From the NCBI GenBank assembly GCA_030390025.1, contig CM059432.1:94986001-95050000 (forward strand): DNA of 64,000 nucleotides, written 5' to 3'. This DNA is from Squalus acanthias (lineage: Eukaryota). The number at the start of each line of letters is the position of its first letter. Within the stretch, counting starts at the first letter, position 1. The notes under the pieces were generated by a model. The model saw only the letters and a list, made by a program, of their open reading frames with translations, made no database searches and was not told the origin of the DNA. Shown piece after piece: positions 40,791 to 53,634 of the stretch. The translations under genes were made by a program, and so were the position numbers.

Positions 40791-41615
40791 TGTCACATTT
40801 CAGGATTTTTTTGACCATTTTTCCACAGACAAGTTTTTAATGGAAGATAGTTACTTTTAAGTATTGGGTTTTAAAATATAATAGAGTTGCCCATGTTTAA
40901 AAAGGAAGGCTGGAGACATTTGTAGAATGTGTATTGAAGTCAAACATTGATATGATCAGTAACAATGGGGAATTCTTCTCATTCCAGAGGCTCTGAACAA
41001 ACGGTCACACCATAGAAATGGATCCTTGCATGAAGCCAGTTTCGGGTATGGTAGCAGGTTCTGGCCCACCCTGGACAGGAGGACAGGAGGATAGGTCAGA
41101 GACCAAACTCCAACTTCTTGTGGGGATAGGAAAGAGGGGAACAAAGACCTACATGTTAGCAGTGAGGTTGAAAAAGAAAAACACTGGAAGATAATAAGAA
41201 GACCTCTTGTTAAAGTCAAGTAGGACCCAATGATGTGGGGAAGCATGTGTGCGCTTTATTTTGTATAATTACGCAAAAATAAGTTATACTAATTGAACTA
41301 AGTGAATCTGATTATAACTCTTGCTCTGTATGTTCATGTTACTGTGAAATAAAACGGCTCAATGATGTATATCCAGCCTTGCCTCATCTAATGTTAACTC
41401 TTTCTGCTTTTGGATAGATCGAAAAAGTATACATGTGAAAGACATGATTCAGGTCACAAGGAATTAGTGCTGCACCTCCAATTACATTGTCATACAAGCA
41501 CATATAGGGCAGTGTAAGTCAACTCCACAAAAAGTAAGATGGCCAGACCACTTAAAGGAGTGACTGAGGCCACTGAATCTGAGAAGGTATCTACAGAAGG
41601 CCTGAATTTGTAACA
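40791..41615 (+). mobile_element. Solo-LTR-like repeat
   Basis: TGTCACATTTCAGG...CCTGAATTTGTAACA inverted ends, internal AATAAA (41348), flanks TCAAC / CCAAC; shares three blocks with 43889-44670. Confidence 0.6.
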
Positions 41616-42683
41616 CCAACCTTGCTAAGATTGGCAGACTAATGGCAGAACAGAATTTTAACCTGGCACATTTCTGGTCTATGTGGTCCAATGCCTCACC
41701 ACATGGTGCATATACCCACTACCACAGTCCCTCTCTTCTCACAGAATTTATACTTAGTACGTCAACTTCCCAAATAGGGAAATTATCTGAGGCCACCAGG
41801 TATGGGCCTGATTTCATCAAATGCAGATAGTCGTACATATGTTGATGTGTGTGTTTGTAAACGGCGAGTTGCTGCACTTGATTGACTTTTCTAGGAGAGC
41901 TACGAAATAGAGGAGACGTTTCACAACAGGAAGGGAGAGAAAATCTACTTGAGATATCCCTGGCCAGAGTCGCACATCCTAGTGATAACTTACAAATTTG
42001 TATCACCAGAGATCTGGGAGCAAATTCTCTGCCTTTCCTCTTTACTTGCGAAATTGTGCATAGAGCGAGTGGGCTGACCTAAAACAGTGGAAAATCCTTT
42101 CAAGTCCAGAATAAAATCAATAAAAAGGCTCAAAGCATGTGTATGTGTCTATAAAGCATCTCTTAATAATGCAATTATAGATATATTTAAATAAAAGGCA
42201 TTTCATATTTTTTTAAATGATTCAAATTTATTTCTCATTTATTTGTTACAGTAAATGGGGGAAAGCATTGAGGATAACCTTTTTATTGCTAATACAACTG
42301 TCTCAGCAGTAACTCGTTATGGATTGATAAACTTATTAATCACTTCAATAAAAAAAATAGCTGGCCTTGCTGTCATATGCTTGATTCACACGCATTTCTA
42401 ATACAGGCTGTTTGCTGTGGCTTCCACATGGTGGCAGTAAAGTCAATCCTACTGGGAACTTTCAAGCAGTTGTGACTTTACCTTTTTTTGCATGTGAGGT
42501 AGGATTAAAGTGACAATAAAGACCTGGATAGGATTTAAGCATCATCTTTATCTGAAAATGTGTTCAGTTCACCTTAATATGGCTTACGCAGGTTTGGATT
42601 CCACGATTGGAGCTTGAACCTGTGACAGTTGGCACCTGTACTTCATTTTAAGGCTCCCACGATCCTGTGCATTTATTACATAG

Positions 42684-42770
42684 ATGAGAAGTCGCACAAC
42701 ACCAGGTTATAGTCCAACAGATTTATTTAATTTTACAAGCTTTCGGAGCTATCGCTCCTTCGTCAGGTAA
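42684..42770 (-). mobile_element. Penelope-type pLTR fragment, family B, with intact hammerhead motif at 42733-42770
   Basis: Minus strand TTAC-CTGACGA-AGGAGC-GATA-GCTCC-GAAA-GCTT-GTAA; homologous to 50387-50596. Confidence 0.8.
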
Positions 42771-43888
42771 GTTAGCAATATAGGGCAGAGTTCCAAACAG
42801 CTAATTGCTATCGGCTCCAACAACTTACCAGCTAACTGATAAGAGAGTCTGGGGGGAGGGGGGGGAAGGTGGCATAAATTTGTTGTTCTACACCCTTTAC
42901 AGATACAATTTTAAAATAAGCACGGATAAGTGTCTTTGACATATAATCCACTTGGGTTTCCAGGTGAAAGCAATTATCTGCATGATAAACCAAATGCATT
43001 AACTCTTTGAAGGACAAAAGGAAATCAAAAATATAAAGTTAATTTAAAAAAAGTTAACATTGCAAAAGGAGAAAGTTCATCTTGTACGGTAAAGCTTCAT
43101 CACAGTTAATTTCAGAATTCAATGCAAATCCTTTTTTGCAGATGTTTGATAGGGAGTGAAAGATAAATGATGGGGATCAGTTATTTATCAGAGAAGAATG
43201 TGACTTTATGTGGCATTGTAACATTGCCCAAGTCACAAGTTGCTTATTTTTCAATAATTTTGTCATTTATTTGATTTATGCATATCTTTTATTCAAATTG
43301 ATATCCTTATGAAATGTTATACATTGAAGGTAAGAATAGTTACCTGGAATACTGGACATTTTAAAGTATAAAATGATAGCTGAGCGCTGTAATCAATTCA
43401 CCAGTCCTTATTCTTACAATAGCAATATTTGACGGTGTAGATTTTCTCGGCAAAGCAATATAGCACATTGGAAAACCATTGTACAACCTCACAGAATGGT
43501 AACATTCTGGTTAGATCTACCATACTGCTGTAGAAAAGTTCTACGTGGAGGCCAGATATTACTGCTCTCCTACACTTCCTGGGACCAGATAACTTGCTTC
43601 CAATCGCACTGCCATAGGAGAGCAGAAAAATGGGGATGGGGGCAGAGTGAATTTTGATGAATAAATTAGTTTGCAAGAATTAAGAAGCGTTTTACATTTG
43701 CTTCTGCTGAATGGTCAGTTGCATTTCTCAGTTGTTAACTTAACAAACCACAAACAAGGCTTGAAATTGGAAGGATTTCCCCCCCCCCCCCCCCCCCCCA
43801 AACCATTGTATAGTTTATACATGGAACATCTATTTTAAACTAGGAATGGACTGAGGGTGATGAGGATATGCACAGATAAAGATGGCCA

Positions 43889-44670
43889 TGTATAAGGATT
43901 TTTGACCATTTTTCCACAGAAAGGATTTGAAAATGGATTACTTTTCATGCTTTTTTAAGCAAAGTGTATTTTCACAAGTTTCAATTTTCACTAGATGAAG
44001 TGGTTAATATACTAAATGGAAGTTGTTTTCCCCAGTACTGAACAATAAACAATTTGTTAGCTTGTCTAGAAAATCAGAAAACACCTCACATCCATTGTGT
44101 CAAAGTCCTTTGACCCATCAGTCTTGTGAAGAGGGAAATGAAAAGAGACCAGGTTTTTTTTAAATAGGAAGACAACAGGGGCAACCAGGTTTGTTAAAGA
44201 GAAAGTTGTGAGGTGAAGAGGTTAGAAATGCTGGAGGATTGTTAGAAGTCTTTAGTCAAGTAAAATAACCCACTCGTGCTCTAGCGTGGCATGTTGTTTA
44301 TTTTGTATTCTGATGCGAAGATGCGTTTTATGTTTGAATTAAATGAGCCTGATCATAATGGTTGTTCTGTTTGCCTTACTGTGAAATAAAACGGCTTATT
44401 GATTTGTATCAAACTACATTTCACCAAATGCTTGCTCAGTCTGCCTTCGGAGAGATTGAAGAAGCATACGTGCAAAAGGCACAAATATCCAGTCCAGATC
44501 ACAAGCGGACACTATTGTTACACCCCTGGGTTACATTATGGTGCAAATAGATAAAGGAAAATGTGAGTCAACTTTTTTTAAAAGTAATACACTCAAAAAT
44601 AACATAGCAGAATGACTGAACCCCCCACTGAACCTGAGAAGGTATCTACAGCAGACGTGAATTTGTAATA
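43889..44670 (+). mobile_element. Second, diverged solo-LTR-like repeat
   Basis: Shares GGATTTTTGACCATTTTTCCACAGA, CTGTGAAATAAAACGGCT and CTGAGAAGGTATCTACAG...GAATTTGTAA with 40791-41615. Confidence 0.55.
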
Positions 44671-45339
44671 GATAATCAAATGATGTGTGCAACATGATGG
44701 GATACTGATTTTCTGCCTGGGCCCTTGGAAATGTTGTGCAAATGGAAGGCAACCCATCAAGGATATTCATTATATAATGTAAGGTTGGATAGATATTCTG
44801 CAGTTTTGTTTGATTCACCATTGGATAAAGTGGATGGAAGGGAAAAGCTTTGCAGAATATTTTCTCAGGAGATTTAGGGTGCATTTACGCAGCACCTTTA
44901 GTGTCACAACAAAGTGTTTCTGTTTTGCTGCAACACTAAAGACGGTGTGTAAACAGGGACTTTTACTGGTGATCGGACTACAGATTCAACTAGAATATTG
45001 TAAATGAAGTCTAGGTGTTTGCACATGAATTTCAGATTCCAGATCATATTATTCTGATCCAGAAGTGCACTGTACTACTGGGGCCTCTCTAAAACATGAT
45101 GCTAGCACATCAGAAGGCTTGGAAATGATTTCAAAACCAGTAATTAAGATTAGATTTGGAAGAGCTAGTGGAAGTTGGCTCTCAAACCGCAGTAAATTTG
45201 AGAATGATTTGCACACTGTTCGCACAGTGTAAATGTTGGATAGATTCCTTGATGAGATAAATTGTACATGGGCTGGATGGTCTATTCTTGTTCTCACTTA
45301 TAATTATTTAAACTTAAATAATTGAGCAACCAGGACAAA

Positions 45340-45745
45340 GCTTGAGTGGCACCCCATCCACCACCTTAAACATTTACTCCCTCCACCACCGGCGCACCAT
45401 GGCTGCAGTGTGTACCATCTACAAGATGCACTGCAGCAACTCGCCAAGGTTTCTTCAACAACACCTCCCAAACCCAGAGAAGGACAAGGGCAGTAGGCAC
45501 ATGGGAACACCATCACCTCCAAGTTCCTCTCCAAGTCACACACCATCCTGACTTGGAAATGTATCACCGTTCCTTCATCGTCCTGGAACTCCCTCCCTAA
45601 CAGCACTGTGGGAGTACCTTTACCACACGGACTGCAGTTGTTCAAAAAGGCGGCTCACCACCACCTTCTCAAGGGCAATTAGGGATGAGCAATAAATGCT
45701 GGCCTTGCCAGTGGCGCCCACGTCCCATGAATGAATAAAAAAAAG
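45340..45745 (+). mobile_element. 3' end of a non-LTR retrotransposon, clade uncertain
   Basis: SLHHRRTMAAVCTIYKMH ORF2-like C-terminus; tail ATGAATGAATAAAAAAA; same tail inserted at about 31738-31808. Confidence 0.65.
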
Positions 45746-46087
45746 ATTAATTACCTATTAGTTTTCTGCAGGGGGCTCAACCTGTGTTCAACATTCAGAA
45801 TAGATAGGAGAAAGTGAATATAAAGTTAAGATTTCTATTCAATCAAAGAGTTGGAGTTTGTAATTTCTTGGTTATTTAAAACACTACAGTATACATAATA
45901 GTGTTTAGTTCACAATAATCCAGTACAGGTTATGTTTCTGTAATTTTGTGGTGATATCCCAAATTTCATACTTTGGTGGGGATCACATCAAATTTTAAAT
46001 ACAGTGCCTTGGTTGTTGATGTTAGTCGTGACATCCACCTGCAAAAGAGTGCCTTCCACAGACAATAGCAGCAACCATAGGCCTGAC

Positions 46088-46782
46088 CAACAACTTGCAT
46101 TTATATAACGCCTTTAATATTGTAAAAAGTACCAAAGCGCTTCACAGGAGCAATTATCAAACAAATATTTGACACCGAGCCACATAAGGAGATATTAGGA
46201 TAGATGACCAAAGGCTTGGTCAAAAAGATAGGTTTTAAGGAGCATTTTAAAGGAGGAGAGGTAGACAGGCAGAGAGGTTTTGAGGGTGGGGGTATTTCAG
46301 AGCTTAGGGCCTAGGCAGCTGAAGGCATAGCTGCCAGTGGTGGAGCGAAGAAAATCGGAGATGCACAAGAGACCAGAATTTGAGGAGCGCAGAGATCTCG
46401 GAGGGCTGGAGGAGGTTACAGAGATGGCGAGGGGCGAGGCCATGGCAGGATTTGAAAACAAGGATGAGAATTTTTTAATTGAGGCGTTGCTGAACCAGGA
46501 GCCAATATAGGTCAGTGAGCACAAGGGTGATGTGTGAACGAGACTTGGCGCGAGTTAGGATACGGGCAGCAGAGTTTTGGATGAGCTCAAGTTTATGCAG
46601 GGTGCAAGGTGAGAGGCCAGCCAGGAGGGCATTGGAATAGTTGAGTCTAGAGATAACAAAGGTATGGATGAGGGTTTCAGTAGCAGTTGAGCTGGGACGG
46701 GGTGGAGACGGGTGATATTTACGGAGGTGGAAGGACGCGATCTTGGTGATGGAGAGGATATAGGGTCAGAAGCTGGGCTCAA
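46088..46782 (-). mobile_element. L2-clade LINE 3' fragment
   Basis: Minus-strand LRSSNSGLL..AFSCLGPKL; tail GGCGTTATATAAATGCAAGTTGTTG. Confidence 0.85.
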
Positions 46783-47428
46783 ATAACATACGTTATTTAT
46801 GTCCAAATAACTTAACTAAGTGAAAGCAATTACAGTACCAAATTAATCTCATCTGAATGTTCAAATTACAAATACTACAGCAGAAATGATTTTTACTATG
46901 TTATGCTGTTATCTTTGTCCCAAAATGCGATTGCTTTCTTGTGTATATACTCCCACCCATCCATTTTTCTCTGCTCAACATTGTAGTGAGACTTTTCAAT
47001 ATCTCTAAATTTAGCATGAATAATTTGACACTTAAGCACCTAGCATGCTTGACAAATAGTGGAAATTGGTCATTACAACCCATTTGTGTACGTCGGGTGA
47101 AGTAAGCTGAACAAACCAATTTGCTGTCAAACCTCTTCCGTAACACAACTTTGTGAACAAGTTTCTCTGTCCTATAACTTAGAGTACACTCATTAGTTTC
47201 TCTCCACCTGTGTTCCACTTATTGCCCAGGTCCCCTTAAACTGTTTCCTGCTTTTACCAGCATGTGCAATTGTGCCAGCAGAGGTTTGACTTTTTATTTT
47301 TCTATTGTGATGACAAAACTATTCTGTAATCATAGATAGATACAAAAATGCACCCAGAGACTCAGATAGAACACGATTAAAGAAGTTCACAAAATGAAAT
47401 CATTAAAAACAGCAAATTAGATTATATG

Positions 47429-50204
47429 GGCCGGAATTTTGCCGGCGCTCAGAGGGCGGGATTGGAGGCGAGTCAGATGTTAAACTCGCGATGATTGACA
47501 GAACCCGCCGTGATCCCGCCTCCACACATCTTTCCCGAATGTCGGGTCTCCGAATAGCAAACGGATCCAACACCAAGCGGTGCGAAAGGGATTAAAGGCA
47601 CTTAACTGCCTATTAGGTGGTACTTTAGAGCTGTTTTCACAGGGTTTTTAGATTTTCCAGCTTCTGAATCGGGTTTCACGACGTTCCAACAACACGCCAG
47701 GTAAGTGTGGCATGAACACCAGCAAGCTGGAGACTTCACAGCTGCAACTGCAGTGTAAAAGCTGCACTCTCAAATCTGGTCATTTAGAAATCTGTGAGGT
47801 TGCTGATTGAATAATTTGGGGGCATATTCTGTGTTTAGGCTGCAAGTATGTGTTGTGCACAATAGATCCACTGTAACCTGCATTGCTGGATTTTAAAGGC
47901 GCCCTTACCCTAAACTGTGCCACCTCAAATTGTCAGCACACAGATGGCAACGATGCCAAACCTTCGTTCTACATCAATTTATTACAATATTGGCAAAGAA
48001 CATAAACTTTACAAATAAATCTATCATAACACCCAAGTGAGAACCCTTGTGATTATTAACGTGACATCTTCCTCTTACGCATGCTTCTACATTGTGAGAC
48101 TCCTGTGGCTTCAGCATATGCGGTGGCAGCCTGCTCACTTCCCTGCTGCTCCTGCTTAGACGCCTTTGGAGGCCGTCCTCTGGTTTTGGGAGCCTTGGAG
48201 GGCCCTGCCAAAGTCTGCTCCTCCTGCGGCTGTGCAGGGGCAGACTCGGCCATCTCTGTTGGCTCAGGCAGATGGGGCTCTGACCGAGGGTTCAGCAGTG
48301 GCAAGGGAGTGTGAGCGCTTGGAGCGGAGCCCCCACTTCCTTGTGCTCGAACATCACCGTCCCTCTCATGGGTCACCTGCACTTCACTGCTAGCAAGTTG
48401 CTGGAGAGCACCTTGCTGCACATCGATGGAGCCACATGGACCCGTCTCTGTACTGACATTCCTCATAACTGGGACGTCCATGTACCTCTGGTTCCTCTCT
48501 TCAATAGATGCCCATCTATCCTCCATAGCTGGCCATCTATCTAGAAGAGCCACCATGTTGGCTTGTGTCTGGCGAGTTAGGTCCTCCATGGAGGTTGCCA
48601 TCCTTTTCATGGCGGCACCTAGATTGCCCACAGCGTTCACCACGGCACTGCTAATGTTTAAGATGGACTCCTCCATTCTCTGTACACTTGCAGTTACCGT
48701 GGAAGCAAACCCACTCAGAGCCTCCTGCACTTGTTCCTGAAGTTCCAGCACTGCTCTCTTTCTGGATGGCCCCAGAGGCTCGGCATCTACATGCAGCTGA
48801 GCAGAGCTAGGAGCGCCCTGCGTCCTCTGACGAGGTCTCTCCACTGCTGTCCCTGTCGCCAACATCTGCTCCTGCTCACTTGTGAGCTGTGATACACCAG
48901 GTGACAACACTACTCTATCTCGCAAAAAAAACACCGAGGTGTGCGCCTCTGCGCTGGTGCTGGGTGCGCTGAATGCTGGTGACGCTGCTCCCTCAGAGGC
49001 TAGTGGTTCCTCTGAGGAGTGCTCCTGCTCTTCCTCCTGGACAGTGGGGAGCGGGGCTCTCGATGGTCCTGTGGGGGAGTAAAGGCATGAGTTAGACAAG
49101 TGAAATGTATGTTGCAGACACATCCCATTGTGCAGATGCTTAGCACTCAATCTCTATGAACATCATATCCCATATTAGTCACTCATGAATGCTAAATCAG
49201 AGGGTTGGAAATCAATTCTGTCACCAGCTTGCTCTTCTACGCCCGTCTCTCTGTCCCCCACTTCCAGCTCCTCTGCACCTCTAACTATCTCCAGGGCTGC
49301 CTCCTCAGTGCTCGTTAGGTGCACCAGGGATGGTGGGTCTCCTCCTGTCCTCCCCCTCTCCCTTTTATTGTGGGACACAAGTGGAGTTTGAGAGAGATTG
49401 ATGGAGTGAGGGTAAAGAATGGATGACATAGATGTTTAGAAGGAGACTATGAAGGAGTGAGGTGCACAAACCAAGTTCCCTCCCTGTGCGTTGTTAGTTG
49501 TTGGCATTGCATAAGAGTGTGAGTGGTGCATAGTAAGATGGTGACATGATTCTCTACAGAGAAAGAGAGTGATGGGTGAGGGTGCAAGGGATGTTAGTGA
49601 GTTGGCATGTGAAGGGGAAGGTTGCCAATGCAGAGCGATGGGGATGAGAAGAGATGGGAGACAGATGGAAGGTAAGTGTGATGTTATGCTCACTTTTGCT
49701 GATCGCAACAGATCATTAAATCTCTTGCGACACTGCACCCAGGTGCGTATACAGACCGACCTCGAACTGACCTCCTCAGCAATTTGCAGCCAAGCTGCCT
49801 TGGTATGCTGAGGAGGCCTCCTCCATCCATCTCCAGGGAAGAGGACCTCCTTACATCCTCTTACTCCCTCCACAAGAGCATGGAGGGAGTCCTGATCGAA
49901 GCGGGGAGCAGCCTTAGGTTTTTGTGCTGCCATACCTACAGCAGCCAGCACTTCAGGGAACAAAATAGAAATGAATCTGCAGAGGGGACATGGCCCCTTT
50001 AAATAATCAGTCCAACATCGCTTCATCAGACGCGAGCAGCTGACCCGCGCCCAGCAATTGCCTTGGAGAACCTGCACGTCGGCCTTAATGAGGCCAATCA
50101 ATGCAAAATTTAAACTGCAGGGCGGCCGGAACCGCGACCAGGTTTGGAACCCGCTGACCGGCGGACCCGCCTGCCATCCCGCCTCCAGGCGCAAAATCGC
50201 GGCC
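47429..50204. mobile_element. Non-autonomous PIF/Harbinger element retaining the Myb/SANT gene
   Basis: Imperfect TIRs GGCCGGAATTTTGC / GCAAAATCGCGGCC; 3-bp TSD ATG (47426-47428, 50205-50207); no transposase motifs seen. Confidence 0.85.
48056..49933 (-). CDS. Harbinger Myb/SANT-like (trihelix) DNA-binding protein, three exons: 49933-49694, about 49375-49225, 49068-48056
   Basis: Exon 1 APRFDQDSLHALVEGV..LFP..AWLQIAEEV..RTWVQCRKRFNDL with GTGAGC donor; exon 2 HNKRERGRTGG..LTSTEE with phase-1 donor; exon 3 pyrimidine-tract CAG acceptor, open for about 336 codons; exon 2 acceptor not identifiable. Confidence 0.7.
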
Positions 50205-50386
50205 ATGGTGTGTCCCCAATATCAACATTATTCTTTATTTTTAATTCTAGTTGTGATCAGATTTTAAAAACTGATAGCATTGATATTGTAAATTAATTTA
50301 TAATTTTGGATAGTGTATAATGTCAGAGAACATTTAATTGCTTTTTATCTTTTCCATTTTCTCTTTTCCTCTCCTCTCTTGAAGAT

Positions 50387-50596
50387 GAGAAGTCGCACAA
50401 CACCAGGTTATAGTCCAACAGTTTTATTTAAAATTACGAGCTTTTGAAGCTGCTGCCCCTTCGTCCTTTACCTGACGAAGGGGCAGCAGCTCCGAAAACT
50501 CGTAATTTTAAATAAAACTGTTGGACTATAACCTGGTGTTGTGCGACTTCTCATTTTTGTCCACCCCAGTCCAACACCGGCATCTCCGCATCATGA
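50387..50596. mobile_element. Palindromic Penelope-type pLTR mini-element, family B
   Basis: About 81-bp inverted arms (50385-50465 / 50474-50554); flanking repeat CCTCTCTTGAAGAT (50373-50386, 50597-50610); hammerhead core CTGACGA (50472) ... GAAA (50494). Confidence 0.85.
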
Positions 50597-50613
50597 CCTC
50601 TCTTGAAGATAAT

Positions 50614-51305
50614 AGACCTGAATTTCCGATCGGAGGCTTCCAGCGGGCGGATGCCTCCGATCGGGAAAAAATGTACAAACCTACCTGCTGGTTCCGTAGA
50701 TCCCGAGGCTTCCGCTCCTGGACCACTCCTGTTGGAAATGCGCAGAGGCCCAGGGATCCTGGGATCATGTGGGCCAGGAAAACCAATCAAAGAAGGGAAT
50801 CCCCCTTCATACTTTTGACAGTTCTCTATGGACAGAACTGTCAAAAGTATGAATGGGGATCACATTTAAAAACACACTAAAACATTAAATATATATATTT
50901 CTTAACTACATAATTAAAATTAATTAAAATTCCATTTAATTAAAAAATATTTAATTAAATTTTTTGAAAAATAAACTTACCTTTTTGAAGAGTATTTTAA
51001 ATTTATAAATGAGTTATCAAATTTAATTTTTCTATTTTTCAACACTCTTAAGCTGCTAAAAGCCGGCCGTACGCCAGCTTTTACCAGGTGTAAGAATTCT
51101 ATGGCCTTTCAGTGGGCGGAAGTTGTGCAGAAAGCGGAACTCTCCACCCGCGGAGGCCCTTTTCCCGGGCAGGCGGATGATCTGTCAAGAGAATTCTTGA
51201 CAGATCGCAAGTGCTGGCTTTCAGCGCATGAAACCGGCACTTGCGCGGCCCCTATGGGTGCGTACACACCTCGTACGCACCCGTGGGGGTCGGAAAATCC
51301 GGCCC
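50614..51305. mobile_element. Harbinger-type MITE with GC-rich ends and AT-rich centre
   Basis: TIRs AGACCTGAATTTCCGA / TCGGAAAATCCGGCCC; 3-bp TSD AAT. Confidence 0.75.
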
Positions 51306-52261
51306 AATAACTTCCTGTGGCTGCCTTCCAGGACCTTTCCCTAGTGGCCATTATTCACATGTGAGCCTTGATGGTAAGTTTTGGCCGGCTATTTTACTGT
51401 GAGGCTTCGGAACAGAGTCCAATCCCCATCACTGAATGTCCACATGTGGCAAAAGCTATTGCATAGTAATTTTCTTGCCCTTAGCCCAGGGTTCTGAGAG
51501 CAAGTGCAGCACCCGGCTGTGATCAGCTATATCAGCATAGCTTGGGCGTCATACCTGGGATCTTCCTGGTCTGTGTGGCTGAGTTACTTATGGGTTAACT
51601 CACTGAGGCTTCAGAGGAGTGGTTGTTTGTTTCCTGTGTGATTTCATTAATCTTACAGGTTAGTGCATCATGTCTGCATATATTGCAATTTATTGGCTTA
51701 AATTTTATGTTCATAAAATAGCAAAAAAGGCAGGGAATGGGCAAATCAAAAATTTGGAAAATGAATAGAAAAGAAGAAACTATTGGGGATGTGTGAAGCA
51801 ATGAGGGATGAATGAAAGAAACATCTAGAGCATAAACAGACAGCAAAACCTACCAATAAAAGAAAAAAGAAGCTGGGGAACCAATGAAATTGCTCCAAGT
51901 ATTTTTCCAAAATCCTTTCATCGACCATGTTGTTCACTCACAAAACTGATCATTTACTCCTGAAAATAAGGTAACGTAAGAAATGCATAATTTACAACAT
52001 TTACAAAAAATGATTTGAATTTTCTATACAACAGCATTTTCTGTATTTGAAATGCTGGTTAAAACTTTTTCCCATGCAAGAAGATTTATTGCTATCAACT
52101 GAAGAGACTCAACAGGTAACAGGCTACAGTTTCTTGCATGCACTTGTACATATAGGTTCTAGAAATTTTTGATTGACAGCAAGACTGACTATGCACAGAG
52201 CAGGCCAAGACTTTACGATTGTAACCTCTGCCCCCTCCATGTTTAACATCAGTGAAAGTGT

Positions 52262-52490
52262 AAACAACAACAGCTTGCAGTTACATAGAACCTTTAACTT
52301 AGAAAAATGTCCCAAAGTGCTTCACAGTGATGTAATCAAAAAATGGACACAGAGCCAAAGACGGAGATATTAGGCAGAGTAACCAAAAGCTTGGTAAAAG
52401 AGGTGGGCTTTAAGTCGGGTCTTAAAGGAGGGAAGATAGGTGAAGAGGCAGCAGGGTTTAGCTAAGGAATTCCTAGACGATTGAAGGCAC
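52262..52490 (-). mobile_element. Degenerate L2 3' tail
   Basis: Similar to 46088-46330. Confidence 0.7.
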
Positions 52491-53634
52491 AAGGTGGGTA
52501 AAAGATCTTTTTTTAATGGATGGTAAGAATTAGTGGGAAACAGAAAGAAAATCTTTTTCTTTTAAATAAATGTCTTTTTTTTAAAGAATATTATTTTTTA
52601 GAATGGAAATGACAATTAGGAGAAAGGATTGATTGGGTAAACGGGTTTAAAGCAATTTCATTTTTAATTAAAATTGTGTTTATGTTCCCTTTTTAGCATT
52701 AATATTACAGTAACACTGATTCCTGACATTTTGAGTAGCTTTATTACTGGAATTGCAGGTAAGCTAAGGGTAAAAGCCTTATTCCTGCGTAGCAAAATTG
52801 ACAGTACTCAAACTTTGAAAATCTGCATGCTCTTCAAAATCTAACAAATCTAGATGAAAATTGGTGTGCCCCTTGCTTGAAGCAGGAAAACAGGTTCCTA
52901 ACAGAAGGGCAAGTTAATGTGGCACATATACACATTTTTTAAACCCCTTTACAATTAACATTATTACCTGGTGCACTCATTATGTACCTAAAGATCAAAT
53001 AACATTTATACCCTTGTATCCAATGGAATATGAGGCCAGATTTGAATGCGTTAACATGTCACAATTTAATTAAGTGATTCAGACTCATTTGTTTCCAATA
53101 GCTCTAGTAGCAGAGTACTAGATTCTCACCCGGAGGACATTTACTCTTCACTCAATAGGTAACTGTTGTCCAGTCTTGGGTGAGCTGCCAGAAGATGTGC
53201 TTACAGCAGCATCAACCTAGCTCTGCAGAAGCACATCTGTCTGCTGTTGAAGGCTGGAACTTTTTAGGAGGCATGAAGATGACGACAGTCAAGAAGACCA
53301 TAACTGAAGGCAGCAGGAGAGAGCAGAAGGAGTTTAAAATGTACAAGGACATTTTTAACACAGTTCTGGTGTACTTGCCAAAATTCTATTGCAATAGTGC
53401 ATTCACTTTTCAATCTGAAATATACAGCTATGCTGAATTTGTGATTGGATGTCTTTAAACAGATAAGCTACTGATTAAGATCCTCTTATAGGTTATATCA
53501 AACAAGGCTCGTAATCATCTCTATTGCACAACCCTTGCTAACCACCCGCAGAGTGGCACTAAAGGATGTGCAGGAGTCTGCAATTTTATGTCCAAACAGA
53601 ATAATCTTTTTAACCAGAAAAGCACAAAATCATT

